Positions 7,596-17,456 of a stretch of DNA of 57,723 nucleotides are shown one piece after another. Within the stretch, counting starts at the first letter, position 1; each line of letters starts with the position of its first letter. The DNA comes from an uncultured Candidatus Saccharibacteria bacterium (lineage in GTDB: Bacteria; Patescibacteriota; Minisyncoccia; 2-02-FULL-40-12; GWA2-44-9): positions 1-57,723 of the forward strand of contig CAYUJB010000003.1 of assembly GCA_964444955.1 (NCBI GenBank), given 5' to 3'. The position numbers and the translations under genes are program-made. Below the pieces are notes generated by a model. That model searched no databases. It had not been told where the DNA came from and worked only from the letters and a program-made list of their open reading frames with translations.

Positions 7596-10517
7596 CTAAT
7601 TGCACACGCCTGTGGTGGCAAAGCAGTTGGGACACGAGTAGCACGAGCCAGCCTTGAACATCAAGGTGCCACAACTGTTGCACACCGGAGCATCAGCGTT
7701 GGTTGCCGTGAGCGCGTGAGGCGCAACTGCTGCGCCTACGGGTGCGTGGCTGTGCGCGACCACCGCTGGTTGCGGTGCGACTGCAGCAGCGTCGACAACC
7801 TGCTGGGCGCGCGAGCTCGAGACCGACACGAGCTCCACGTGGGTGGCCATACTGGGTCCACTATCGGGTCCGAAGAGCTCTTCGCGATCTTCGGTGCTCA
7901 AGAAGCGAGTGCCCAGATAGCGAAAGATGTAGTCCATGATACTTTTGGCCATCGGGATATCAGCCGTATTGGTAAATCCTGCAGGCGCGAAGCTCATGTC
8001 TTTGAATTTGCGGACCAGTGTCTTGAGTGGCACACCAGCCTGGAGCGCAACACTCACCAGCGTGGCGATGGTATCAAGCAATCCCGACACTGTGCTCCCC
8101 TCTTTGGCGGCCACGATGAAGAGTTCGCCGGGTTGTCGCGTGTCGGGATAGAGCCCAACGGTCATGTAGCCCTCATAGCCGCCCACCGAAAACTTGTGAG
8201 TGAGTGCGGGACGCTCGTCGGGCAGATGCACGCGCGTATAGCCGTTGGATTTTTCAACCTTTGCGCCTGCTGCGGTGACCGTCGTCTCTTCGGTTGTTTT
8301 TTCCTTTGCCTTGGACGTGCTCATCGGCTGGACACCCTTGGAGCCGTCGCGATAGATTGCGATGGCCTTGAGTCCCATCTTCCATCCCTGCATGAACGCA
8401 TCATAGACGTCTTCCACCGTGGCAGCATTGGGCATGTTGATGGTCTTCGAGATTGCCCCGGAAATAAACGGTTGCGCTGCGGCCATCATGCGTAGGTGTC
8501 CCATATAGCTGATCGAGCGCTCGCCATTGGCGGCCTTAAATGAGCAATCGAAAACGGGCAAGTGTTCTGGCTTGAGGTGCGGCGCTCCTTCGATCGTCTC
8601 GCGGTCGAGCAGGTAGTCGTTGATTTCTTGCACTTCATCTTCGGTATAGCCAAGATTGCGCAGCGCCGATGGTACCTGAGTGTTGACCAATTTGAGCACA
8701 CCGCCCCCGACGAGCTTCTTGTATTTGATGAGCGCCAACTCCGGCTCAATGCCCGTGGTCGCGCAATCCATCATGAAGGCGATGGTGCCCGTGGGCGCCA
8801 ACACAGTGACTTGCGAATTGCGCACGCCATACTCGCGCGCCAGCTCAAGCGCTTCGTGCCATGCCACGCGTGATGCGGCCTGCAGACTGGTATCGCCGAT
8901 GCCCGCTGTGGTCGCCTTCTCATAGAGCGCATCGGCTTCTGTGCGGTGCATATCGATCACATCGAGCTGAGGGTCGCGATTAACTCCATATCCTGCGTAC
9001 GGGCCCTTCACGTCCGCCACAAGGGCACTCATGCGGTATGCCTGCCCTGCCATCAGAGATGTGATCTGTCCGGCCATCAAAAGCCCCTCGTTGCCATCGT
9101 AAGGCAAACCCATGGCCATCAAGAGGGCGCCCAGGTTCGCATAGCCAAGACCAAGCTCGCGGAAATCGTTGGCGTTTTTAGCGATTTTATCAGTTGGGTA
9201 GCTGGAGTAGCCGACGATAATCTCTTGCGCGAGAATGACGGTGTCCACGGCATGACGGAATCCCGGAGTGTCGAAGCTGCCATCAGCACGGAGGAATTTG
9301 AGCAGGTTGAGGGATGCGAGGTTGCAGGCGCTATTGTCGATGTGCATGTACTCACTGCACGGGTTGGATGCATTGATGCGCCCCGTGTTCGCTGCGGTGT
9401 TCCACTTGTTAATCGTGGTGTCGTACTGCATGCCCGGATCAGCCGAGTGCCAGGTGGCATCAGCAATCCACTGCATCACTTCACGTGCGCGCACGGTCTC
9501 GAGCACCTGCCCCGTCGTGACGGCTTTGAAATCCCATGAGCCGTCCTGTTCGACGGCGCGCATGAATTCATCGGTGACGCGCACGGAATTATTGGCATTC
9601 TGATACGGCAGCAAGGTGTAGGGTGAGAAGAGATCACCATCGAGTGAATTGGCGATGCCCGAGGCCTCGAGAGCTTTGGAGTAATCTTCGATGACGCGCT
9701 TGCAGTTGATGAAATCTTTGAGATCGGGGTGATCAACATTCATGACCACCATTTTTGCGGCGCGCCGCGTAGTACCGCCAGAGCGAATCGTATTTGCCAC
9801 ACCATCGGCGCCCTTCATAAATGATACGGGGCCTGATGAGTATCCCCCCTTGGACAACGGCTCGCGTGATGAGCGGAGCTTGGACACATTAAGCCCTGAA
9901 CCGGAACCACCCTTGAAGATGATGCCCTCGTCACGATACCAGTCGAGAATCGAGCTCATCGAGTCATCCACGGATAAAATAAAACATGCCGAGCACTGTG
10001 GTTTGTCGTAGACTCCTACATTGAACCAGACGGGAGAATTAAATGAGAAGTACTGGTTGATCAACAGCCAGGTGAGATCTTCGGTGAAGCGCTCCGCATC
10101 GTCGGGTGATGCAAAATAATTTCCTTTGACGCCCCACAGCCCAATCGTCTTGGCGACGCGATCGATCATCTGCTTGGCGCTCCCTTCGCGTTCCGGTGTG
10201 CCCAGCTGTCCACGGAAATATTTGCTCGCCACAATATCAGTCGCCGTCTGTGACCAAAACGATGGTACCTCGACACCGAGTTGCTCGAACACCACTGCGC
10301 CACCCATTTTGGTGATGCGCGCATCGCGACGCTCCCACGTAATCTCCTCGTAGGGATGTACATCACCAACACCGAAGAGTCGCTCCCACGTAAATCCAGT
10401 ATTCTTTTTGCCCAGTGGAATCACGCGTTCTGAACTGACACGAACTGGCTGCGGCTGACTGCTCCGAGACTGCGGCGGTGTGATATCCATGGGCGGTAGA
10501 TAGTTGATACACTTCAT
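7596..10517 (-). CDS. nrdJ: Class II (adenosylcobalamin-dependent) ribonucleotide reductase with C-terminal TSCPD-like region and Zn ribbon
   Basis: FNSPVWFN, PQCSACFI, ASNPCSEY, TVLAPTGTI, AISKTINMP and terminal CxxC...CxxC. The start may be at MDITPPQ. Confidence 0.95.
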   Translation of the reverse strand: MKCINYLPPMDITPPQSRSSQPQPVRVSSERVIPLGKKNTGFTWERLFGVGDVHPYEEITWERRDARITKMGGAVVFEQLGVEVPSFWSQTATDIVASKYFRGQLGTPEREGSAKQMIDRVAKTIGLWGVKGNYFASPDDAERFTEDLTWLLINQYFSFNSPVWFNVGVYDKPQCSACFILSVDDSMSSILDWYRDEGIIFKGGSGSGLNVSKLRSSREPLSKGGYSSGPVSFMKGADGVANTIRSGGTTRRAAKMVVMNVDHPDLKDFINCKRVIEDYSKALEASGIANSLDGDLFSPYTLLPYQNANNSVRVTDEFMRAVEQDGSWDFKAVTTGQVLETVRAREVMQWIADATWHSADPGMQYDTTINKWNTAANTGRINASNPCSEYMHIDNSACNLASLNLLKFLRADGSFDTPGFRHAVDTVILAQEIIVGYSSYPTDKIAKNANDFRELGLGYANLGALLMAMGLPYDGNEGLLMAGQITSLMAGQAYRMSALVADVKGPYAGYGVNRDPQLDVIDMHRTEADALYEKATTAGIGDTSLQAASRVAWHEALELAREYGVRNSQVTVLAPTGTIAFMMDCATTGIEPELALIKYKKLVGGGVLKLVNTQVPSALRNLGYTEDEVQEINDYLLDRETIEGAPHLKPEHLPVFDCSFKAANGERSISYMGHLRMMAAAQPFISGAISKTINMPNAATVEDVYDAFMQGWKMGLKAIAIYRDGSKGVQPMSTSKAKEKTTEETTVTAAGAKVEKSNGYTRVHLPDERPALTHKFSVGGYEGYMTVGLYPDTRQPGELFIVAAKEGSTVSGLLDTIATLVSVALQAGVPLKTLVRKFKDMSFAPAGFTNTADIPMAKSIMDYIFRYLGTRFLSTEDREELFGPDSGPSMATHVELVSVSSSRAQQVVDAAAVAPQPAVVAHSHAPVGAAVAPHALTATNADAPVCNSCGTLMFKAGSCYSCPNCFATTGVCN

Positions 10518-10568
10518 CCTCTACGGAGGATTGGACTCCCATTGTAAGCTCTTCACCCAGCCCTGCAA

Positions 10569-10577
10569 TGTGGATAA
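10569..10577 (-). promoter_or_regulatory. Consensus DnaA box upstream of nrdJ
   Basis: TGTGGATAA on plus equals TTATCCACA. Confidence 0.55.
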
Positions 10578-10639
10578 TTTTAACCCCGTTTTCCGGTCAA
10601 AAAGAGGTAGTTTGACTTAATATTACGACGTGGTATTAT

Positions 10640-10837
10640 ATGCTCACGAAGGGAGAACGCACCTTGAAAAACAATCCACTAGCAACTCTGATGGACTTTG
10701 GAATCCTGTACGTAGCACTCTGGGTGTTTGGCTCAGCGCCAACGGCACTGCAATGCGTCTGGATATTCATCGCCTGCGCAGTATTAGAAGAACTCGTCGA
10801 TATCTCATCCGCACTTCAGAAGCTTGTAAGAAAGTAA
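10640..10837 (+). CDS. Small hypothetical membrane protein
   Basis: Two hydrophobic segments; TTGACT-17-TATTAT promoter upstream; 1-nt gap to the next ORF. Confidence 0.55.
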   Translation: MLTKGERTLKNNPLATLMDFGILYVALWVFGSAPTALQCVWIFIACAVLEELVDISSALQKLVRK

Positions 10838-10838
10838 G

Positions 10839-11027
10839 ATGCGCAGAATTCTCTCTAACTATCACGTACGAAGTTTGCTTCTGGCATCAGCAGTGACCGC
10901 AGTGTTGATGTATATCATGCTCGCGGGAGGCATGGATCCGATCGGCAAGGAACCTATCGCTGTGTTCGTGTTCCTGTGGGTACTGGGATGGCGCTACCTC
11001 GATCGATACCTCTTTGACCCCGACTGA
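10839..11027 (+). CDS. Small hypothetical 2-TM membrane protein
   Basis: Two hydrophobic segments; followed by terminator ccccgac-tgat-gtcggggtttt. Confidence 0.6.
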   Translation: MRRILSNYHVRSLLLASAVTAVLMYIMLAGGMDPIGKEPIAVFVFLWVLGWRYLDRYLFDPD

Positions 11028-11083
11028 TGTCGGGGTTTTTCTTTATATATTTTCGCTTGTCCTCTTGGTCCCATGCCGCTCCT

Positions 11084-11113
11084 CCCTCCCTGCCTGCCGG
11101 CAGGCAGGGAGGG
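11084..11113. repeat. CCTGCCTGCCGGCAGGCAGG palindromic element, copy 1 (30-bp perfect palindrome)
   Basis: ccctccctgcctgcc followed by ggcaggcagggaggg; intergenic. Confidence 0.95.
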
Positions 11114-11302
11114 CTTCGCTGACATGAACCCGGTTGCAGTGTTTTTTCGTAGAGACTCTTACCCTATCATCTCTCATGGGACTTTCGCACTTGGATGAAA
11201 TTCAAGGCGTGGGGATGCGACGAAGAAGCCGTATGTATCATACGGCGCCGAGTCGCAGGGGCCCCAGAACGAAGAAGTTCGCCAAGTGCGAAAGTCCTCC
11301 TA

Positions 11303-12514
11303 CTATTTCATTTTGCGGCGGATGAAGGCGGGAATATCGAGATCAAAATCGTCGGAGATGGAAGGGTCAGTGATGGTCTCGCGGACTGACTGCTGCGGTG
11401 CTGCGGGCGTGGGAAGCGGTTGCGGTGGTGTGTAGGTCTGCTGATCAGGCGAGCGCTGTGGTTGCGATTGGCGCACCTCGCCACCAAAGAATCCGATGTC
11501 GGCAGCCGATGGACGCGCTTGGTTGGTGAGTGTTGGACGGCTGGGCTGAAATCCACCCGAGAAACCTGTGGCAATGACCGTGACTTTGAGCTCGCCCTTT
11601 TTGAGTTCGCCCACTTCATCGTAGCCCATGCCGAAGATGATATTGGCATCGCGATCCACGTGTTGCGTGATAATGCTGGCAGCTTCGGCAACTTCGGCCA
11701 TGGAAAGATCTTCGCCACCGCGAAGGTTGAGCAGCACCCCCTTGGCACCTTCGATGGATACATCAAGCAGCGGCGAGTTGATGGCGAGCTTGGCTGCTTC
11801 GACAGCGCGGTCATCACCTGACGCGACACCAATACCCATGAGTGCGGAGCCAGAATTGGCCATAACCTTTTTTACATCATTGAAATCTGCATTGATGATG
11901 TCGTGTCGTGTGATGAGGTCTGACACGCCTTGCACACCCTGACGAAGCACGTCGTCGACGATCTGGAATGCTTCACGTGCGGGTGTCTTGCGATCGATGA
12001 TGCTCAGGATGCGATCGTTGGGAATGACAATAATAGAATCGACTTTCTCGCGCAGGATCGTGAGACCCTCTTCGGCGATGCGCATGCGAGCATTGCCCTC
12101 GAACATAAATGGCTTGGTCACCACCGCCACCGTGAGCGCGCCCATCTCGCGCGCGATGTCAGCAATCACCGGCGCTGCACCTGTGCCCGTGCCGCCGCCC
12201 AAACCGCAGGCAACGAACACCATATCGGCACCACGCAGCGCAGCTTGGATTTCTTCTTTGGTGTCCACGGCGGCCTGACGACCGATTTCCGGATTCATGC
12301 CAGCACCCAGTCCACGCGTGAGGGATTTACCGATGTGCACCTTCACCGATGCAGGGCTGTTGTGCAGTGCCTGCGCATCGGTGTTGACCGCGATAAACTC
12401 CACGCCATGAATGCGCGACTCGATCATGCGCGTGAGTGCGTTGCATCCGGAACCGCCAACGCCAACTACCTTGAGACGGGCGAATGTTTCAAATTGTGGC
12501 TTTACTTGGGGCAT
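11303..12514 (-). CDS. ftsZ: Cell division GTPase FtsZ
   Basis: [17 protein letters not shown] tubulin signature, INADFND and C-terminal DIPAFIRRK. Confidence 0.99.
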   Translation of the reverse strand: MPQVKPQFETFARLKVVGVGGSGCNALTRMIESRIHGVEFIAVNTDAQALHNSPASVKVHIGKSLTRGLGAGMNPEIGRQAAVDTKEEIQAALRGADMVFVACGLGGGTGTGAAPVIADIAREMGALTVAVVTKPFMFEGNARMRIAEEGLTILREKVDSIIVIPNDRILSIIDRKTPAREAFQIVDDVLRQGVQGVSDLITRHDIINADFNDVKKVMANSGSALMGIGVASGDDRAVEAAKLAINSPLLDVSIEGAKGVLLNLRGGEDLSMAEVAEAASIITQHVDRDANIIFGMGYDEVGELKKGELKVTVIATGFSGGFQPSRPTLTNQARPSAADIGFFGGEVRQSQPQRSPDQQTYTPPQPLPTPAAPQQSVRETITDPSISDDFDLDIPAFIRRKMK

Positions 12515-12604
12515 CGATAATATGAGATTTACGACTAGAACCTTACAAGACTCTACTGGGGTCTACCATAATCGAAAAGGGGGCGCAAACTGCGCTCCCT
12601 CCCC

Positions 12605-12625
12605 TGTGTATAACCTTGTGGATAA
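12605..12625 (-). promoter_or_regulatory. Two tandem DnaA boxes in the ftsA-ftsZ spacer
   Basis: TGTGTATAA (12605-12613) and TGTGGATAA (12617-12625) both fit TTATNCACA. Confidence 0.65.
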
Positions 12626-12632
12626 TGCCGGC

Positions 12633-13874
12633 CTACGGCATGAAATTCTTGAGCCAACTGCCGAGCTGTTTGAGCCATCCACTCATGGCTGTAGACTCAG
12701 ACAACCGATTGCCTTCGCTAATCTCACGAACGTATCCCCACGCCACCAGACCAACGCCAACGGAAAATGCGGGGTCCATTGCTGCATCGAACGCCTGTAC
12801 GCCCACCACCTTGCCTGCTTTGACCGGCAGTGCAAGCGTATCACGCACGAGCGTGAGAAATCCGTTCAGCTTGGAGCCACCCCCAGACACGACAATACCG
12901 GCAGGCAGTAGTCCCTCTTTGCCAGCTTTGCGCAGCTCTTCTTGCACCATATCGAGTAGCTCACGCGCACGAGCATCAACTGCTTCCATGAGCTCGCGAC
13001 GTTGTACCTGATACGGCTCGTCCATGTAGGAGGTGAGATCCACCAGCTCAGGCTTCTTGCGACGATCCCAGCGTTCGTTGACCACACCCAAGTCGATCTT
13101 GATACGCTCAGCAACATCGAGCGATGTCTTGAGGAGTATCGCCAGGTCATTGGTGATATGTCGTGAACCCACGCGCATGATAGCGCTGTGTACCATGTCG
13201 GCCTGATCCCAGACCGTCAGCGACGCGGTGCCGCCGCCGAAATCCAGATGCGCCACACCAAATTCTTTTTGGTGCTTATCGAGTACCGCCATCGAAGCGG
13301 CCAGTGGCGCAAATACAAATCCCGCGACCTCAACACCACACTCGTTGACGCACTTGGCCATGTTTTTGAGGTGGCGCGCCTGGCCGTGAACAATGAGGAC
13401 ATCGGCTTCCAGACGTACCCCCTTCATCCCCAATGGATCACGAACGCGCTCACTGCCGTCAATGACAAAATCGCGCGGGATGACATGAATGATTTCCCGA
13501 TTCGGAGGAAGCGAGACCACCTGGGCAGTGGTAATGACGCGATCGATATCGCTGGCGGTGATTTCACCATCGGCACGGGCTATTGCGATGGTGCCCTTGG
13601 ATACCTGCGTGGCGATGTGCAAACCACTCACCGAGAGATACGCGCGACGCACGGGAACGCCTGCCATCGCAGCTGCCTGCTGGAGTGCCAAGCGCAAGCT
13701 ATCCGTCGCTTCTTTCATGTCGACGATCTCGCCAGCGCGAAGTGCGGACGTGGATGGAACTGAACCAACGCCAATGATATCTGCCTGCTGTGAGCCCGGC
13801 TCTACTTTTGCGACGACAACCTTAATACTGGTATTACCGGTGTCGATGCCGCAAATGATATAGGGATTGCTCAC
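12633..13874 (-). CDS. ftsA: Cell division protein FtsA
   Basis: GIDTGNTSIK, LDFGGGT, GSRHITND and GIVVSGGGS actin-fold motifs; directly upstream of ftsZ. Confidence 0.97.
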   Translation of the reverse strand: MSNPYIICGIDTGNTSIKVVVAKVEPGSQQADIIGVGSVPSTSALRAGEIVDMKEATDSLRLALQQAAAMAGVPVRRAYLSVSGLHIATQVSKGTIAIARADGEITASDIDRVITTAQVVSLPPNREIIHVIPRDFVIDGSERVRDPLGMKGVRLEADVLIVHGQARHLKNMAKCVNECGVEVAGFVFAPLAASMAVLDKHQKEFGVAHLDFGGGTASLTVWDQADMVHSAIMRVGSRHITNDLAILLKTSLDVAERIKIDLGVVNERWDRRKKPELVDLTSYMDEPYQVQRRELMEAVDARARELLDMVQEELRKAGKEGLLPAGIVVSGGGSKLNGFLTLVRDTLALPVKAGKVVGVQAFDAAMDPAFSVGVGLVAWGYVREISEGNRLSESTAMSGWLKQLGSWLKNFMP

Positions 13875-14320
13875 GTGACAAGTCGTTTGAGAATTTTTTG
13901 TTCGGTTGCCTGCATCTTCTTTTCATCAGCCGCGCCCGTCTCATGATCATAGCCCGCCAAGTGCAACAGGCCATGCACCACCGTCCACTGCATTTGATTG
14001 CGCAGTGAAAGGCCGGATTCTTTGGCGTGTACGCGGACGATATCGGCGCAGATAAAAAGGTCACCAAGCAATACCGCAGTATAGCCCGTTATTGGCTGCA
14101 TGTGGAGTGGAAAAGAAAGCACGTCGGTGGGTCTGTCGATCTTCCGTCGCGTGCGATTGAGGGTGCGCATTGCGGCGCGACCAATCAGGGTGACGCCAAC
14201 TTCTGCGGTATGCCCTCGCGGCACCTTCAGAAACGGTGCCGCAGCTTCGCAGACACGCTCAAGGAACGCCCGTCCAAACGTACGTTCTTTGGTGCGATTG
14301 TGAAGCACCACATCAATCAT
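13871..14320 (-). CDS. ybeY: rRNA maturation endoribonuclease YbeY
   Basis: PTDVLSFP and HGLLHLAGYDH motifs. Confidence 0.96.
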   Translation of the reverse strand: MIDVVLHNRTKERTFGRAFLERVCEAAAPFLKVPRGHTAEVGVTLIGRAAMRTLNRTRRKIDRPTDVLSFPLHMQPITGYTAVLLGDLFICADIVRVHAKESGLSLRNQMQWTVVHGLLHLAGYDHETGAADEKKMQATEQKILKRLVT

Positions 14321-14322
14321 AG

Positions 14323-14841
14323 CTATGCGCCTGCCTGACCGGTAGGCAGGCTTAGAGCTTCTTTTACGAGTTCGCTCACACGACCACCATCAAACTTGCC
14401 TTTTGTTTTTGGCGCGACTGCACCCATCACGCGGCCCATGTCTTTGGCGCCAGCGGCACCCGTAGAAGCAATCGCCTCGGCGATGAGCGCTTTGACGACG
14501 TCTTCCGTGAGCTGCTCGGGCATGTACTTCATGAGGATTTCGGCTTCAGCTTTTTCACTCGTCGCCAGCTCAGGTCGAGCAGCGGCTTCGTACTGCTGCG
14601 CGGCATCGCGGCGCTTCTTGATTTCACTAGAGATTGCTTCGATGGTTTCTTCATCGCTCAAGAGTGATTGCGTCGCTACTTCAGCTTCCGCGGTCGCTCC
14701 TGCCTTCATGAGCTTGGCACGCTTTTCGAGCTCGCGGTTCTGAATGACCGAAAGCAGCATCGTGAGCGTACCACGCGTGACCGTATCCCCCGCCTTGAAG
14801 GCGGTTTTCATATCTTCTTTGATAGTATCTTTGAGTGACAT
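14323..14841 (-). CDS. GatB/YqeY domain protein
   Basis: MKTAFKAGD, EIKKRRDA, KYMPEQL, KDMGRVMG. The C-terminal LPTGQAG is encoded by a palindromic element. Confidence 0.93.
   Translation of the reverse strand: MSLKDTIKEDMKTAFKAGDTVTRGTLTMLLSVIQNRELEKRAKLMKAGATAEAEVATQSLLSDEETIEAISSEIKKRRDAAQQYEAAARPELATSEKAEAEILMKYMPEQLTEDVVKALIAEAIASTGAAGAKDMGRVMGAVAPKTKGKFDGGRVSELVKEALSLPTGQAGA
14330..14350. repeat. Palindromic element, copy 2 (21-bp variant, in frame in the yqeY 3' end)
   Basis: cctgcctgaccggtaggcagg. Confidence 0.88.
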
Positions 14842-14853
14842 CGGGAAAAGTTA

Positions 14854-15120
14854 TTACAGATCTATTTCCTGCTTGAGACGACGCTTTGCTTCGTCGAAGT
14901 TCTCTTCGGAATACTTACCCAGCTTTTCGAGGTTGAGACGGAGCTTGCGCAGGTGCATGCCCATGATTGCGCGATTCTTTTCCATGCGCTCAGTTACTTT
15001 CTTAGGACGATGCTTGAGGCTCTTGCGGCGAATGAGTACACCAGACTGTTGTACAAAACGCGAAAAGCGGCGCAGCATACTGCCCGTTGATTCGTTCGGT
15101 TTTCGTTTGACTTCTACCAT
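14854..15120 (-). CDS. rpsU: 30S ribosomal protein S21-like
   Basis: VEVKRKPNESTGSMLRRFSRFVQQSG; adjacent to yqeY as in the rpsU-yqeY arrangement. Confidence 0.8.
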   Translation of the reverse strand: MVEVKRKPNESTGSMLRRFSRFVQQSGVLIRRKSLKHRPKKVTERMEKNRAIMGMHLRKLRLNLEKLGKYSEENFDEAKRRLKQEIDL

Positions 15121-15205
15121 TGTGGTGACCTCCTTTCCATATATCTAGGCCCGTAGGGCGCTAGGGGGTCGTTCCCCGAGGGACCGACCGCTCAGCGTCG
15201 TACAC

Positions 15206-16510
15206 TTACTTTGCCTTCAATCGCTTCTTCAATTCGTCGATGATTTTCTCCAACGGAATGGTCTCTTGGATGCCCGTATCCATCTCGCGCAAGATCACGG
15301 TACCCTCGAGCGCTTCTTTCTGTCCGAAGATGAGTGCGAAGCGGACATCATAGCGCGCTGCCATGCGTAGCTGCCCCTTAATAGTATCGCGACTCAAGCT
15401 ATAACGCACCTCGATGCCCGACTTACGGATTTCCTCAAACAGCATGAGCGAGCGCTTCTTGGCGGCTTCACCCAACTGCGAGAGAAAGACCTTTGGCTTG
15501 GGACCTGCTTCGGGAACTTGCGCGTTGCGCCCCTTCAGACGCGTAACAATGCTGTCGACATCGAGATACCAGCCAGCAGATGGTGTCTTGGGACCGCCCA
15601 AGAGATCGGCGAGTTTATCCATGCGGGAGCCAGCAATGATCGTCAGGCCATCGAGCGCAACTTGTGTCTCCGATGCAGGCACCGAATCAAGCACAAACTG
15701 CCAAACGGTATGCGATGCAAAATCATGATCCGCTACCAACGTGTGATCGATGATGTATGGCACCTTGCCCTCATCGAGGAACTCCAGAAGACTCTTGAAG
15801 TGCGCGCGGGCCTCTTCGGACAAGAAGTCCACGGACTGTGGCGCCTCACGAGCAAGCTCGAGATTCTCAGTCGCAAGGAGGGTAAGACCACGGAAGGGAT
15901 GCTCCTTGGATTCATTGAACGCCGCGGCGCTCATCTTCTTTTGATTGTTTTTGAAAAAATCGCGAAGCGCGCGCAGGTAGGCCGGACGACCCGTGGCGTC
16001 TCCGATGGTGTTGATACGCACCGTGAAAGCACCCATGTTCAGCGCCTCGATGACGCGACACCCCAAAAAGAGAAGCTCGGCATCGACAGCACTGGAATCA
16101 TCACCGATGGTCTGCACGGCAAGCTGCCAGTGCATGCGGTGACCACGCTCAACGGGTTCGAGTACGGGTGCGTTAGTGAACATCTTCACCGGGTGCGGAA
16201 GTGCATGCATACCATGCTGGAGATAGGCGCGCATCAGCGATGGGGCGTTCGATGCGCGAAGCGCAAGCGCCATCCCGTGACTCTTGCCGACGACGAGACG
16301 CCGAATGAGGTCTGGGTCGCTTGCGGCGACCGGACGCGTGAAGGTCTCCACCTGCTCGATAGGCGCTAAATCGATGCGATTGAAACTGTAGTCGGCGAGG
16401 AGGCTATTGGCTTTGCGCCAGATGAAGTGCCAGTACTTCTGATCCTCTGGCGGTATGTCAAAGTAACCCGCGGGCAGTGTTGGAACCGATGATTTTGATT
16501 TTGCAGCCAT
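15206..16510 (-). CDS. Histidyl-tRNA synthetase paralogue with degenerate active site
   Basis: HisRS architecture with anticodon-binding domain (FALIFGQKE), but LRPEGT is LRASNA, motif 2 FRxE..RQF is lost, RGLDYY is ADHDFA and GGRYD is GSRMD. Confidence 0.85.
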   Translation of the reverse strand: MAAKSKSSVPTLPAGYFDIPPEDQKYWHFIWRKANSLLADYSFNRIDLAPIEQVETFTRPVAASDPDLIRRLVVGKSHGMALALRASNAPSLMRAYLQHGMHALPHPVKMFTNAPVLEPVERGHRMHWQLAVQTIGDDSSAVDAELLFLGCRVIEALNMGAFTVRINTIGDATGRPAYLRALRDFFKNNQKKMSAAAFNESKEHPFRGLTLLATENLELAREAPQSVDFLSEEARAHFKSLLEFLDEGKVPYIIDHTLVADHDFASHTVWQFVLDSVPASETQVALDGLTIIAGSRMDKLADLLGGPKTPSAGWYLDVDSIVTRLKGRNAQVPEAGPKPKVFLSQLGEAAKKRSLMLFEEIRKSGIEVRYSLSRDTIKGQLRMAARYDVRFALIFGQKEALEGTVILREMDTGIQETIPLEKIIDELKKRLKAK

Positions 16511-16536
16511 GTGATAAAAATACCCTCTCGAGCCCC

Positions 16537-17229
16537 CTACTCGATAACGGGTGGATACTCAGTGCGAGATAAGAAACCGACATCGTTGAAGGGAAAGAGT
16601 CGCAACCACGCCATGCCAGCGAAGAAGGATTTGTTGACGGGTCCAAAGAACCGACTATCGCTCGAGTGCTCGCGGTTGTCGCCCATCACGAAATACTCGT
16701 TATCACCCAGGGTGACTTTGACGCCGCAATACGATGGGCTGGTGTTGGACGCACACAGCGTGGGGTTCGTATCGGGCAGATACCCTTTCTCAAAAACCGT
16801 GAAGCCCTTGGGATAGCGGGTGTTGAAAATCTGCACCGTGTTGTTCACTCCCGCTAGCACCGTCTCGCCAGGCAACCCGAGAATACGCTTGATGAAGTAC
16901 TCTTTGGGATCGTTGGGGTAGTGGAATATGATCACATCGCCGCGCTGTGGCAACCCGATGCGATACGTCCACTTATCGACGAGAATGTACTCCTTGTCGT
17001 GATAGTTGGGAACCATCGAGCTCCCACTAACAAAGAACGGCTGAATCACGAAGTAGCGAACTGGGAGAATAATCACCAGCGATACCAGCACAACACGGAT
17101 CGTCTCCCATAGGAATGCAAAGAGCTCGCTCATAACACCTCCTGCGGGCGCATCCACGTGTGGTGGCGGCGTTACGGGCGCTGGTGATGGCTCAAGAAAT
17201 GTTGGCTGTGAATGCTTTGGTTCCTCCAT
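16537..17229 (-). CDS. lepB: Signal peptidase I (start revised to MEEPK)
   Basis: GSSMVPN catalytic Ser, FIKRILG catalytic Lys, GDNREHSSDSR. Extended -10 TGTGGTACTAT near 17259-17269. Confidence 0.95.
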   Translation of the reverse strand: MEEPKHSQPTFLEPSPAPVTPPPHVDAPAGGVMSELFAFLWETIRVVLVSLVIILPVRYFVIQPFFVSGSSMVPNYHDKEYILVDKWTYRIGLPQRGDVIIFHYPNDPKEYFIKRILGLPGETVLAGVNNTVQIFNTRYPKGFTVFEKGYLPDTNPTLCASNTSPSYCGVKVTLGDNEYFVMGDNREHSSDSRFFGPVNKSFFAGMAWLRLFPFNDVGFLSRTEYPPVIE

Positions 17230-17436
17230 AATCACTAGGAAATATGCTCGTGACGCTTGATAGTACCACAGTTTTTTGGCCGATTCAAGTGCCCTGTCTG
17301 GAGGGGCCTCGCCACTGGCTCGCGCCCTTCCAGCGTCACTCACACGCTCGAAGACTCACTATTCGCTCCTGCCTCCTCCGGCCCTCCTCATGCACCGGCC
17401 TACGGCCTCTCGCTCAAGATAAGGATCGCTCGGACC

Positions 17437-17456
17437 CCTGCCTACCGGCAGGCAGG
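17437..17456. repeat. Palindromic element, copy 3
   Basis: cctgcctaccggcaggcagg in the lepB-aminopeptidase intergenic region. Confidence 0.9.

Noticed and set aside
7548-10353. Long antisense ORFs in the track (for example 7548-8495; also 17546-18670 and 30006-31094)
   Set aside because: They shadow well-supported genes on the opposite strand and show no motifs or start signals.
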